Source: Planctomycetales bacterium (GTDB taxonomy: Bacteria; Omnitrophota; Gorgyraeia; Zapsychrales; Zapsychraceae). Taken from it: a DNA stretch of 53,054 nt. The DNA lies in assembly GCA_005239675.1 (NCBI GenBank), contig SBBO01000014.1, positions 1-53,054 on the forward strand, written 5' to 3'. The first letter of the stretch is position 1; each line of letters starts with the position of its first letter. The notes under the pieces were generated by a model. That model had not been told where the DNA came from and made no database searches. It saw nothing but the letters and a program-made list of their open reading frames with translations. Made by a program: the position numbers and the translations under genes. Of the stretch, positions 39,136 through 48,418 are shown piece by piece.

Positions 39136-39779
39136 TGAAGGATCGTCAGTTGAGTTCCGAGGAGAAATTACTGCGGCTGATCCGCAAGAAGAATCAGCAA
39201 GAGGCTTCGACTAGCTCTTCCGCAGGGTTTGATGCTACTGTTAAACCCGGGAGGGAACAGGCATTGCCATCGAGAAAGGCTGTCGATTCTTTGGGGTTTG
39301 TGATTCGGATTTTAATGGGCCTATCGGCTGTTCTTTCCGTATTTATTTTAGTCAAATATGGGACGGCCATATTTCAGGAGATTAAAATTCCCGCGGTCGT
39401 AATTGATCCTGACTTTGCTGGACAGGTATCGCCTGAGACCTCAAGCAAACCGCTAGGGGAGGCTGTGGATCTAAGCGTGCCGGCGTTTGAATCCTATCGG
39501 CCCGCTATGGAAGGACGGGATATCTTCCAAGCCCCGTGGGAGAGGCCGGTGGTGGAGACTATACCGCCAGGGAATTTGGCATCAGGACTAGGTCAACAGC
39601 TCAAATTGGTCGGGATCCTTTTGGACAACGACCCTAAGGCAATCATTGAAGATGTAACGACAAAACAGACATTTTTTCTTTCCTCCGGAGAAAGGATTAG
39701 GGATGCGGTGGTAGAGGAAATAAGAGAGGATAAGGTTATCCTAGGGTTAGCACAGGAAAAAATAGAATTGGTTCCTTAA
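39126..39779 (+). CDS. GspC/PilP-like membrane-anchored protein
   Basis: One TM helix; RDIF; LKLVGI..D..AIIED...G..I...V..I HR-like domain; directly before the secretin. Confidence 0.65.
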   Translation: MGLMKDRQLSSEEKLLRLIRKKNQQEASTSSSAGFDATVKPGREQALPSRKAVDSLGFVIRILMGLSAVLSVFILVKYGTAIFQEIKIPAVVIDPDFAGQVSPETSSKPLGEAVDLSVPAFESYRPAMEGRDIFQAPWERPVVETIPPGNLASGLGQQLKLVGILLDNDPKAIIEDVTTKQTFFLSSGERIRDAVVEEIREDKVILGLAQEKIELVP

Positions 39780-39811
39780 ATGATTGAATTTTGTATTCCG
39801 GTTAAAGTCCT

Positions 39812-41344
39812 ATGAGGATGAAAAGAATCATTTTTGTCTTTTGGCTTGTTTTCTTTTTCTATGGACCGTCTATGATTGGGGCGCAAGACAATGATGTCCC
39901 ATCGATAGAGGAGGCGGGATCTGTACTGACACCTTCCATTCAAGACAGAGAAAGGCAGATTATTGATGTCCTGGATTTAAAAGATATGGATATTCTAGAC
40001 GTCCTTAAGCTGATTTCGCAGAAAAGCGGCTTGAACATCGTTGCCGCGGAGACCGTGAAAGGCCGGGTAACGGTTTTCCTGAAGAATATCGAGGTATTAA
40101 GCGCCCTGCAGATAATCATTGAGGCCTACGGGTGGGTGTGCGTTAAGGATAACGACATCTTTAAGGTGATGACCGCGGCGGAATATGAGTCTAAATACGA
40201 TCGCAAGTTTGGCCAGGAGACGCAGACCCGCATCAAGCAATTACAATTCGCTAAGGCAACGGAGGTCGCCACGATTTTAAACGAGATTAAGGGTAAATCG
40301 GGCAAGATCATTGCCGATGACAAGTCCGGCACGGTGATCCTGGTGGATGGGCCGCAAAGGCTCGACGACATGGAAGCGGTTCTCGAGAAGATTGACGTTC
40401 CTATAGAGACACAGATATTTGATCTGGGCTACGCCACCGCCGAAGAGATCTCTGATAAGATAAGCGAAATCCTAACACCCTCCTTAGGGACGATGAAATT
40501 TGATGAGCGTTCCAATAAAGTGGTCATTACGGACACGGCGCAAACATTAGGGAAGATACGCCAGATCATCAAGGCCTTTGATGAGAGGGACCAACAGGTA
40601 TTGATTGAGGCCAAGATCTTCCAGATTGTCCTTAATGACGAGTATAAAATGGGGATCGACTGGGAGGCCATTGTCTCCGATTATCATAAACTGGATTTGG
40701 TCAGCGATTTTGATGTGCTTGGTTCTACTGAAAAAAAGGGCAAGTTAAGCATTGGGACTGTGGCGGCCGATAACTACACTGCCCTTATCGAAGCGCTGAA
40801 AACGGTGGGGGTGACGAACATCCTCTCCAGCCCGCGGATTACGGCCGTTAATAACAAGGAGGCCAAGATCCTGGTCGGTTCGACTGAACCTTATGTGACG
40901 ACCACGACCACGACCCCCTCCTCTGGACCGACCACGACAGCAGAGACAGTGAATTTTATCGACGTTGGCGTAAAACTGTTTGTTACTCCGACTATTCACG
41001 ATGACCGGTTTATTACGATGAAGATCAAACCAGAGGTGAGTTCGGTCACCCGCAATCTCACGACCAGTAATAACAATACTATCCCGGTCGTCGAGACCTC
41101 TGAGGCTGAGACGACCGTTATCGTCAAAGACGGTGTTTCCATCGTCATCGGTGGATTAATTAAAGAAGAAAATATTAAATCGACCCGTAGTATCCCGGTA
41201 TTAGGCGACATCCCCGTTATGGGGTTGATATTCCGCAATATCAGTGATAAGGCAACGAAGACGGAGATTGTCGTCTTCTTGACGCCCAGGATTGTGAGCG
41301 GTGATCTTCCAGCGGAGAATTTGATCAATGCCTTGTCAAATTAA
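39812..41344 (+). CDS. gspD: secretin, GspD/PilQ family
   Basis: Signal peptide, N0/N domains, QVLIEAKI, ILSSPRI, VGVKL.VTP, IPVLGDIPVMG.IF, VFLTPRIV. Confidence 0.93.
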   Translation: MRMKRIIFVFWLVFFFYGPSMIGAQDNDVPSIEEAGSVLTPSIQDRERQIIDVLDLKDMDILDVLKLISQKSGLNIVAAETVKGRVTVFLKNIEVLSALQIIIEAYGWVCVKDNDIFKVMTAAEYESKYDRKFGQETQTRIKQLQFAKATEVATILNEIKGKSGKIIADDKSGTVILVDGPQRLDDMEAVLEKIDVPIETQIFDLGYATAEEISDKISEILTPSLGTMKFDERSNKVVITDTAQTLGKIRQIIKAFDERDQQVLIEAKIFQIVLNDEYKMGIDWEAIVSDYHKLDLVSDFDVLGSTEKKGKLSIGTVAADNYTALIEALKTVGVTNILSSPRITAVNNKEAKILVGSTEPYVTTTTTTPSSGPTTTAETVNFIDVGVKLFVTPTIHDDRFITMKIKPEVSSVTRNLTTSNNNTIPVVETSEAETTVIVKDGVSIVIGGLIKEENIKSTRSIPVLGDIPVMGLIFRNISDKATKTEIVVFLTPRIVSGDLPAENLINALSN

Positions 41345-41379
41345 TTTTAAGGGTAGATGGGGAAACATCTCGTAAGACA

Positions 41380-41934
41380 ATGCGCAAATGGACTCATGCT
41401 GAGCTCGTCTTGAGACAACAATACAATGCCCATGGTCCCCGATTGCCACTGGTGGTCATCCTTGACGATATTCGCAGTCTCTATAATGTGGGGTCCATTT
41501 TTCGCACGTGCGATGGTATTGGTGTAGAAAAATTGTGGCTGTGCGGTACGACCGGATATCCACCCAACGGCCAGCTTGCCAAGACCGCGCTGGGTGCTGA
41601 GCAAAGTGTCTCGTGGGAATATTGCCAGGATGTTCTTGATTGTGTGCGTGGACTCAAATCTCGGGCCTACACCATCGTCTTTCTCGAGCAAACAACCACG
41701 AGCATCCCTTATGAGGAGTTTCGACCCAGCGGCCCGGTTGGTCTTGTGGTGGGAAATGAGATCAATGGGATAAGACAAGAAGTCCTTCCTTTGGGGGATG
41801 TGGCAATCGACATTGCCATGGCAGGAGTAAAGAATTCTTTAAATACCGCGGTCGCCCTTGGCATCGCGGCCTATCATATTCGTTCCTGTCTTAAGGTCCT
41901 AGAGGTGAGGACTGCAAGCCTTTTAAGAATTTAA
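41380..41934 (+). CDS. TrmH/SpoU-family RNA 2'-O-methyltransferase
   Basis: LDDIRSLYNVGSIFRT, GNEINGI, SLNTAVA. Confidence 0.92.
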   Translation: MRKWTHAELVLRQQYNAHGPRLPLVVILDDIRSLYNVGSIFRTCDGIGVEKLWLCGTTGYPPNGQLAKTALGAEQSVSWEYCQDVLDCVRGLKSRAYTIVFLEQTTTSIPYEEFRPSGPVGLVVGNEINGIRQEVLPLGDVAIDIAMAGVKNSLNTAVALGIAAYHIRSCLKVLEVRTASLLRI

Positions 41935-41939
41935 GATCA

Positions 41940-42674
41940 ATGATCATCGCCCAAAAAATTTCTAAATATTTCGGCAAGGTCGAGGCGTTAAAGGACATCT
42001 CTTTTGAAATCGGTCAGGGAGAGATTGTCGGGTTTTTGGGAAAAAATGGCGCAGGCAAGACAACCCTCATGCGGATCTTGACCTCATACCTGACACCGAA
42101 CGCTGGTCGGGCATTTATCGCTGGTAAAGATGTTACCCAAAAAGGAGTAGCGGTACGCCGGCACATTGGGTATCTTCCCGAGACACCGTCTTTGTATCCG
42201 TATATGACCGTGCGGGAATATCTGAAATTCGCCGCCCAGCTCAAGGATATCCCTGTGCGCCATATCGGTCGCTCGATCGCCAAGGTCCTGGATGACTGCC
42301 GGCTTTCGTATGTCCAGAACACATTGATCGCCCATCTCTCTAAGGGGTATCAGCAGCGCATCGGCATTGCCCAGGCCATTATCCATGACCCAGCGGTCTT
42401 GATTTTAGATGAACCGACTAATGGTCTCGATCCAACCCAGATCCAGCAGGTGCGCAAGCTCATTAAGGACATTGAACATCAACGTACCGTCCTTTTAAGC
42501 ACCCATAATCTCTTTGAGATCGAGAAAATCGCCCGGCGTATCCTCATCATTAATCGTGGGCAGCTAATCAAAGACCAATCCCTAGAAAGTCTTTTAAAGG
42601 AAGAGGGTGCCACGGGTCTGGAAGAAGTATTCCTAAAACTAAATCCTCCACAGGTCGAACGCAGCGATGACTAA
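41940..42674 (+). CDS. ABC transporter ATP-binding protein, GldA-like
   Basis: GKNGAGKT, LSKGYQQR, LILDEP, STH. Confidence 0.93.
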   Translation: MIIAQKISKYFGKVEALKDISFEIGQGEIVGFLGKNGAGKTTLMRILTSYLTPNAGRAFIAGKDVTQKGVAVRRHIGYLPETPSLYPYMTVREYLKFAAQLKDIPVRHIGRSIAKVLDDCRLSYVQNTLIAHLSKGYQQRIGIAQAIIHDPAVLILDEPTNGLDPTQIQQVRKLIKDIEHQRTVLLSTHNLFEIEKIARRILIINRGQLIKDQSLESLLKEEGATGLEEVFLKLNPPQVERSDD

Positions 42675-43380
42675 TAAAATTTTAGTTATAGCCAGAAAGG
42701 AATTGTTCACTTATTTTAAATCGCCGATTGCGTATATCATTCTTGTCGTGACCACTAGCGTCTTTAATATTTTTTTCTATATGATCATCGATCAGAATAG
42801 GGAAGCAACGTTGCATGATATCTTTCAGGTGATGGAATTCATGTTCGTTTTTTTGGTGCCGCTTCTGACGATGCACGTTTTTGCCGAGGAAAAAGCAACA
42901 GGCACCATGGAATTCTTAATGACCACCCCTACCACCAACACTGACATTGTCCTGGGCAAATATTGGGGGAGTTTTATTTTTTTTAGCCTAATGATGGTGA
43001 TGCCTGCTGTTTATTATTTGATCATCGAATATTTTGGCCAGCCGGACCGCTGGGCCGTGGCCACGGGCTTCTTCGGACTGTGGTTGGAAGGGGCGTTCTT
43101 TGTCGCTATTGGTATCCTAACCTCGTCTTGGGCACGCAGTCAGGTGGTGGCGGCGATCAGCGCGTACGCGACCATTTTTTTATTGTACTTTTCGGTCAGT
43201 TTCTTGAAATATTTTAGTGGTCCGGCGGTAGAGGTCATTCGCTATCTTGGCACGTTGGGGCATGCCGCGAATTTTGCCGTTGGGTTGATTACCCCGGGTG
43301 ATATCGCCTATTACGTGAGTGGAATCATTTTTTGTCTCTTTTTGACGCGCATCAGCATGGAGAATAGGCTATGGCATTAA
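42667..43380 (+). CDS. ABC-2 permease, GldF-like
   Basis: KELFTYFKSPIAY, EEKATGTMEFLMT; six TM helices. Confidence 0.9.
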   Translation: MTNKILVIARKELFTYFKSPIAYIILVVTTSVFNIFFYMIIDQNREATLHDIFQVMEFMFVFLVPLLTMHVFAEEKATGTMEFLMTTPTTNTDIVLGKYWGSFIFFSLMMVMPAVYYLIIEYFGQPDRWAVATGFFGLWLEGAFFVAIGILTSSWARSQVVAAISAYATIFLLYFSVSFLKYFSGPAVEVIRYLGTLGHAANFAVGLITPGDIAYYVSGIIFCLFLTRISMENRLWH

Positions 43381-44945
43381 AGAATAGGTGGCGGCTCTTT
43401 GCCCTGGGGGCGGTGTGTCTTATGTGCGCCGTAGGGTCAGCATATATTAAGATGCAGGTAGGGTGGACCGAGACCTTCGCGCTATTGGCCGGGACCATGG
43501 CTATTGTCACTTGTCTTTGGTTGTTACGGGACAAAAGGCGATCGGGGAGACGGCCTTGGATATATATCTATGGTCCATGGATTGCGGTTATTTTCCTCAT
43601 TAGCAGTGTGATCGCTGGGATCAACTATCTCGCTTATCGTTGTCCTTGGCGTTGGGACTTAACCCAGACTCAACAACATACCCTAACTGATTATACACAC
43701 CAGGTCTTGGCGCAGCTTCAAGATGACGTAAATATAACCGCTTTTTTCGCAGGATTACCGGCAAGATATCTTGAAGACATGTTTCAGGAATATGAACGTA
43801 ATTCCAACAGGCGTGTCAAGACGGACATCCTGGATCCTTTGGTCGATATCGGCCAGGCCGCCCAGTTCGGGAACATCATCAGCAGCAAGGAGAATAAGGT
43901 CATTGTTCAATCTGCCAGTGGCCGTAAAGACGTAGATTTTACAGATAGTCCTTTAACCGAAGAACAGCTGACCAACGCACTCTTGCAGGTGACCCGTACT
44001 GAGCGTCATGCGTATTTTCTCACGGGACACGGTGAATACAGAATCAATAGCGAAGAGGACAAAGGTCTGAAGGTCTTCACCCAATTATTAGAGAAAAACA
44101 ATATCCAAAGCCACGATTTGATACTAACCAGTGGGGGGATTCCTGATGATTGTGACATCCTGATAGTGGCCGGACCGCAGGAGCCATTGTCAGAGGGGGA
44201 AGAGGCAGCAATCGAAGACTATCTAAAGGCCGGAGGTGATGCCTTATTCCTTATTGAGCATACCGTTATCACGACACCCGACAAGGCCTTGCGCGAAGAG
44301 GAATTGAACAGAAATCCTTCCTTAAACGCAATCTTGACCCAGTGGGGTGTGCGCATCGCAAATGACATTGTGGTGGATCTGGCCAGCCATGCCAGTGGGG
44401 ATGTGGGCAGTCCAGCCACCCGTAATTATCCCGAGCACGACGCCATTGTCCAGGGATTAGATTACACGTTTTATATCCGTCCGCGCTCGATATCGGTACT
44501 CGGTAATCGCCGTGAAACCGTGCGGGTGGCGCCGCTTGTGATGACAGCCTCTCCAAGGGAGAGTTGGGGAGAGACCAATCGGAACCTAACGGTTAAATAC
44601 GATGACATCCTTGACCGGCCCGGCCCGGTGCCCATTGCCTTTGTCATCATGGAGCCCAAAGAAGACAATGAACAATCCGATACACGTATTGCAGTCTACA
44701 CCGATGCGGATTTTTTAAGTAATGCCTTTATTAAGCAGTATAGTAATGCCCAGATGGGGCTTAGTGTTGTTAACTGGCTTTCTGAGCTGGATTATCATGT
44801 CTTTCTTGATCGCCAAATCATTACGGTGGGGCGGCTGGATTTGACTAGCCAAGAGAAACGGGTGGTGGTTGTAATTCTTTTTGCCTTGCCGTTTTTTATT
44901 GTTAGCGCTGGTGTGATGGTCTGGTTGCAAGGAAAGGAGGTATAA
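43371..44945 (+). CDS. GldG-like ABC auxiliary component
   Basis: N-terminal TM helices, WDLT...TL, YFLTGHGE, IVAGP, DADF..N, C-terminal TM helix. Confidence 0.88.
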   Translation: MALKNRWRLFALGAVCLMCAVGSAYIKMQVGWTETFALLAGTMAIVTCLWLLRDKRRSGRRPWIYIYGPWIAVIFLISSVIAGINYLAYRCPWRWDLTQTQQHTLTDYTHQVLAQLQDDVNITAFFAGLPARYLEDMFQEYERNSNRRVKTDILDPLVDIGQAAQFGNIISSKENKVIVQSASGRKDVDFTDSPLTEEQLTNALLQVTRTERHAYFLTGHGEYRINSEEDKGLKVFTQLLEKNNIQSHDLILTSGGIPDDCDILIVAGPQEPLSEGEEAAIEDYLKAGGDALFLIEHTVITTPDKALREEELNRNPSLNAILTQWGVRIANDIVVDLASHASGDVGSPATRNYPEHDAIVQGLDYTFYIRPRSISVLGNRRETVRVAPLVMTASPRESWGETNRNLTVKYDDILDRPGPVPIAFVIMEPKEDNEQSDTRIAVYTDADFLSNAFIKQYSNAQMGLSVVNWLSELDYHVFLDRQIITVGRLDLTSQEKRVVVVILFALPFFIVSAGVMVWLQGKEV

Positions 44946-44946
44946 C

Positions 44947-45171
44947 GTGTTATTTTTATTTATCTTTATATTATCTTTAATATTGGGTATTTTGATCTAT
45001 CAATTTCCCCTCCAGGTGATTCGCCTTCAGCAGCAGTTTTACGCCTGCATCAATTGGCGCATGGAGCCGATCTCCATGGACAAAGAAATCCTTAACACAA
45101 GGTTGATGGGTTGCTTTCTTTTGGCGACAACCCTATTTATTGGTATTTTGGGGAACTTGTCAAGCCCCTGA
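44947..45171 (+). CDS. small two-TM membrane protein
   Basis: 74 aa with two hydrophobic segments; starts 1 nt after the previous stop. Confidence 0.6.
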   Translation: MLFLFIFILSLILGILIYQFPLQVIRLQQQFYACINWRMEPISMDKEILNTRLMGCFLLATTLFIGILGNLSSP

Positions 45172-45328
45172 CAGCCGCAATATACCGTATTTTCTACGCG
45201 TTTTCTTAACGGATAATATGTAAATATTGTAATAGCAGTTAGTTACAACGCTATTATTTATATCTATTCCCACCAAGAAAGCGCTTTCAAGTCCCAGGAA
45301 TTCTCATAGAGGTTTAAGCGCCAGAATG

Positions 45329-45337
45329 TGTTATACT
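45329..45337 (+). promoter_or_regulatory. extended -10 promoter
   Basis: TGTTATACT upstream of a gene with an AAAGGAGG RBS. Confidence 0.45.
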
Positions 45338-45423
45338 TACAATGGGAGTCAATCTCCCCAAGAAATCAATATTGACGTAGATTCATTTTTGAACAAAATA
45401 AACCAAGAAAGGAGGGGATTAAG

Positions 45424-46095
45424 ATGTACGATGCCATTATGTTTGAACCCTTGATGGATATGATGGCGCGTGTGGCGCATTTTGTCCCCACTTTGTTCTT
45501 GGCATTGGTAATCCTAGTTATCGGCTACTTATTAGCCCATTACGTAGAAAAATTATTAACGTCGTTTTTAAAAGTTATAGGGCTGGACAAAGTGATGGAC
45601 AAAATCGGGATCACGCATATCCTTAAAGTAGGTGAGGTTAAACATAAACCAAGCGAATTGATTGGCCTGTTGACGTATTGTGTTTTAATCATCACCACGT
45701 TAATTATGGCGGTCAAGGTCTTTGGTCTAACCTCGGTATCAGCAATGCTCGATTCGGTGTTGACATTTATTCCCAGTGTCATTACCGGCATCTTGGTATT
45801 GATGATCGGTATGCTCATTGCTAAAGTCATATCAATCATCGTCTACGTCGTTGCCAAGAATGCGGATATGCCCCTAGCGGATACAGTAAGTCGCTTGTGC
45901 AAATACGCGATCATGGTCTTTGTCGCGATCGTATTTCTCAAGGAAATCGGCTTCGTTAGCTTATTTGAGGGCCATTATACGATTTTCATCGGCGGTATCG
46001 TTTTTGCCATTGCCTTGGCTTTTGGGTTAGCAGGCAAAGACATTGCATCACGATATCTCGATGTTTTAAGCGTCAAGAGATCGGACCACAAATAA
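45424..46095 (+). CDS. CmpX-like / MscS TM-helix repeat membrane protein, no cytoplasmic cage
   Basis: Two FVP/FIP...LVIG/LMIG repeats; AIALAFGLAGKD. Confidence 0.85.
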   Translation: MYDAIMFEPLMDMMARVAHFVPTLFLALVILVIGYLLAHYVEKLLTSFLKVIGLDKVMDKIGITHILKVGEVKHKPSELIGLLTYCVLIITTLIMAVKVFGLTSVSAMLDSVLTFIPSVITGILVLMIGMLIAKVISIIVYVVAKNADMPLADTVSRLCKYAIMVFVAIVFLKEIGFVSLFEGHYTIFIGGIVFAIALAFGLAGKDIASRYLDVLSVKRSDHK

Positions 46096-46123
46096 GTCTA
46101 CCAAAGCCGCGTGAGTTGTGCTC

Positions 46124-46167
46124 ATCCCACCGCTTCTATGTCAGGTAGAGGGGCGGTGGGATTTTTT
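46124..46167 (+). terminator. intrinsic terminator
   Basis: ATCCCACCGC...GCGGTGGGAT stem ending in a T-run. Confidence 0.85.
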
Positions 46168-46232
46168 GTCCCCGCAAAATATTTAATTTAATATTTTTAT
46201 TTCCATTTTTATTTGTTATTATATTTATTAAT

Positions 46233-46817
46233 ATGCAACGTGAGGAGATTTATGATCATTTAGCTCAGGTGTATCTGGGTAAACGTAAAGACCCAGAGTC
46301 ACACAAGACAAGGCATTTTCATGCATGGTTCTTAATTAATGTCTTGATTGCGCTGATTGTTTTTTCTAGCGTCTTTTATGGATTGACGGCCTTCCTGACG
46401 CGACGGACTTCGTTTAGAGACAACATTATCTTTGTATTGCACAACGGGTTGGTACGCCTTGATTATGATTTTAACGGTCATGTGGCACCGATTAAATTCC
46501 TGGCCTTGGATGCACCAGCTATTGATGCCAGCCATTACAAAAACATCCAGTTTTCTATCCGGGTCAAAGACAAGGGGAATCCAGGACCTGTTAAGGTCGT
46601 TATTACCAGCAACAAGAATGAGACCGCGTCCCACTATATCCAGGGAGTTGATTTTGCCTGGCAGGACTTTCGTATCCCGCTGCAGGAATTTAAAGGGATA
46701 ACAGACTGGGGAAGCCTTAAGGCCATTTCATTTATGGTGGAATCATGGAATATGGAGAAGAAAAAGGGAATAATCCTGATTGATAATATTTGTTTTTCCG
46801 GTGAAAAAGGAGTCTGA
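46233..46817 (+). CDS. membrane-anchored protein with a CBM11/CIA30-like beta-sandwich domain
   Basis: Short basic N-terminus, one TM helix, then DASHYKNIQFSIR...WQDFRIPLQEF...G.ILIDNI.F. Confidence 0.72.
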   Translation: MQREEIYDHLAQVYLGKRKDPESHKTRHFHAWFLINVLIALIVFSSVFYGLTAFLTRRTSFRDNIIFVLHNGLVRLDYDFNGHVAPIKFLALDAPAIDASHYKNIQFSIRVKDKGNPGPVKVVITSNKNETASHYIQGVDFAWQDFRIPLQEFKGITDWGSLKAISFMVESWNMEKKKGIILIDNICFSGEKGV

Positions 46818-46821
46818 TCTT

Positions 46822-47964
46822 ATGAGAATCATCGCCATCGCCAATCAAAAAGGAGGCTGCGGTAAGACGACAACAGCCATTAACTTAGCCGCGGCATTGA
46901 GCAAAAATGGGCGCCGGGTTTTACTGATCGATCTTGATCCGCAGGCACACGCGTCTCTGGGGCTCAACATCGATAGTCAGGACAGCATGTACAATGTGAT
47001 CTCCAGCTTGACACCGCGTAAGCTTCGCATTGAGAATATCATCCGGCGCGTTGAAGAGAGTTTTGACATGGTCCCCTCGAATGTCCTGGTGGGAACCCTC
47101 GAGCAAGAACTTGCTGATGAAATAGGCCGCGAGTTGAAACTGACAGGGATCATCGCAACGATTGCCTCTCGGTATGATTATATCCTCATCGATTGCGCGC
47201 CGAGCCTCGGGATCTTGACGGTCAATGCCCTGCGGGCCAGCAGTGAGGTGATTATTCCGGTTGAGACTAGTCGTTTCTCGATTCAGGGCTTGGAACACAT
47301 TATCGATATTATCCATTTGGTGCGCGACCGGTTAAACCACCCCATTGAGTACCGGGTCCTGATTGCTATGTTCGATTCCCGACTGCGCCATTCCTTTGCG
47401 ATGCTGCAGATGTTTAAAGATAGATTCAGCCAACTGCTTTTTGACACGATTATTCATACTAACGTCAAGCTCAGAGAGTCGGTGGTGCTTGGTCAGACGG
47501 TCGCCGCGTATGATAAATATAGTCGCGGCTCTAAAGATTATTTCACGCTTGCCAAGGAAGTTTTGTGCGCTGAGGCAAAAGAGGGGCCAATGGTAACGGC
47601 AGTGCCCAAAGAGGCTCGTTGGGGACGTGCCGCAGGGCTTACATTTTCGGAAACAATGCGGGAGACCATCGAGCAGGAAGCTAAGGATGTTCAAAAATTA
47701 GCATCAGTACGTTTCTCTTGCAAGGCGCAGGACGCCAAATCTGTTTTTGTCACGGGCAGTTTCAATGACTGGGCGCTTGATGACAACTGCCGGCTCAAAC
47801 AGCTTAATGGTTGTTGGGAGGTTGTGCTTCCTTTGAAGCCGGGTATTTATCAATATCAGTTCATCATCGATGGAGTCTGGAAAGAAGATCCGCTTAACCC
47901 GCGCAAAGAGCGAAATTCTTTCGGTGATATCAATTCTTTAATTGAGGTCGGCACTGATGGTTAG
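46822..47964 (+). CDS. ParA/Soj-family ATPase fused to a C-terminal CBM48 (AMPK-beta-type glycogen-binding) domain
   Basis: NQKGGCGKTT, DLDPQ, DCAP; C-terminal VFVTGSFNDW...W...PGIYQYQFIIDGVWKEDP.N...NSFG..NS; AAGGAG RBS. Confidence 0.9.
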   Translation: MRIIAIANQKGGCGKTTTAINLAAALSKNGRRVLLIDLDPQAHASLGLNIDSQDSMYNVISSLTPRKLRIENIIRRVEESFDMVPSNVLVGTLEQELADEIGRELKLTGIIATIASRYDYILIDCAPSLGILTVNALRASSEVIIPVETSRFSIQGLEHIIDIIHLVRDRLNHPIEYRVLIAMFDSRLRHSFAMLQMFKDRFSQLLFDTIIHTNVKLRESVVLGQTVAAYDKYSRGSKDYFTLAKEVLCAEAKEGPMVTAVPKEARWGRAAGLTFSETMRETIEQEAKDVQKLASVRFSCKAQDAKSVFVTGSFNDWALDDNCRLKQLNGCWEVVLPLKPGIYQYQFIIDGVWKEDPLNPRKERNSFGDINSLIEVGTDG

Positions 47965-48289
47965 GAGACCTTCCTATGCTATTGATGATTCACAGATTCT
48001 CGAAGGTAAGAGTTTTGCTGTCTTGGCCTATCTTTCGATTTTTTGTATTATCCCGCTAATCTTTAAAAAAGATAATCCTTTTGTCCTCCAACATAGTAAA
48101 CAGGGTTTGGTCATCTTCTTAGGGCAAGTGGCCACCTTGATCCTTTCCATCCTTTTGGGGCCCTGGATATTCCGTTTAGGGGTATTTGTCTTAGGGGTTG
48201 TCGCTTTTTTAGGGATTATTGCTGTCCTGCAAGGACGAATGATTCGATTCCCAGTCATTTCTTCGCTCGCCGATAAGATAACCATGTAA
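47957..48289 (+). CDS. small membrane protein, DUF4870/Tic20-like
   Basis: FAVLAYL...IIPL...FV..HSKQG...GII..LQG...PVI; overlaps the parA stop. Confidence 0.75.
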   Translation: MVRRPSYAIDDSQILEGKSFAVLAYLSIFCIIPLIFKKDNPFVLQHSKQGLVIFLGQVATLILSILLGPWIFRLGVFVLGVVAFLGIIAVLQGRMIRFPVISSLADKITM

Positions 48290-48418
48290 TAATGAGTCTT
48301 TAGGTCGCCTCTTCACCTGCATCCTATTTTGTAGAAAACCCTATCGAAAAAAGATTTAATTCCAGGATATTTTTGTGTAGAATAGGTGAGTTTTAAAAAT
48401 GATAAGGCAGGAGGATAT

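Noticed and set aside
41940-44945. Gliding motility inferred from Gld-like genes
   Set aside because: GldAFG-like ABC systems are widespread in non-gliding bacteria; no gliding motor or T9SS genes are present.
45227-45248. TTGTAA-N10-TTACAA inverted repeat upstream of the CmpX-like gene
   Set aside because: Short and AT-rich in an AT-rich spacer; it matches no operator I can name.
46822-47964. Calling the ParA a chromosomal Soj or plasmid partition gene
   Set aside because: No parB, recognisable parS site, origin-linked genes or replication genes nearby, and it carries an extra CBM48 domain.
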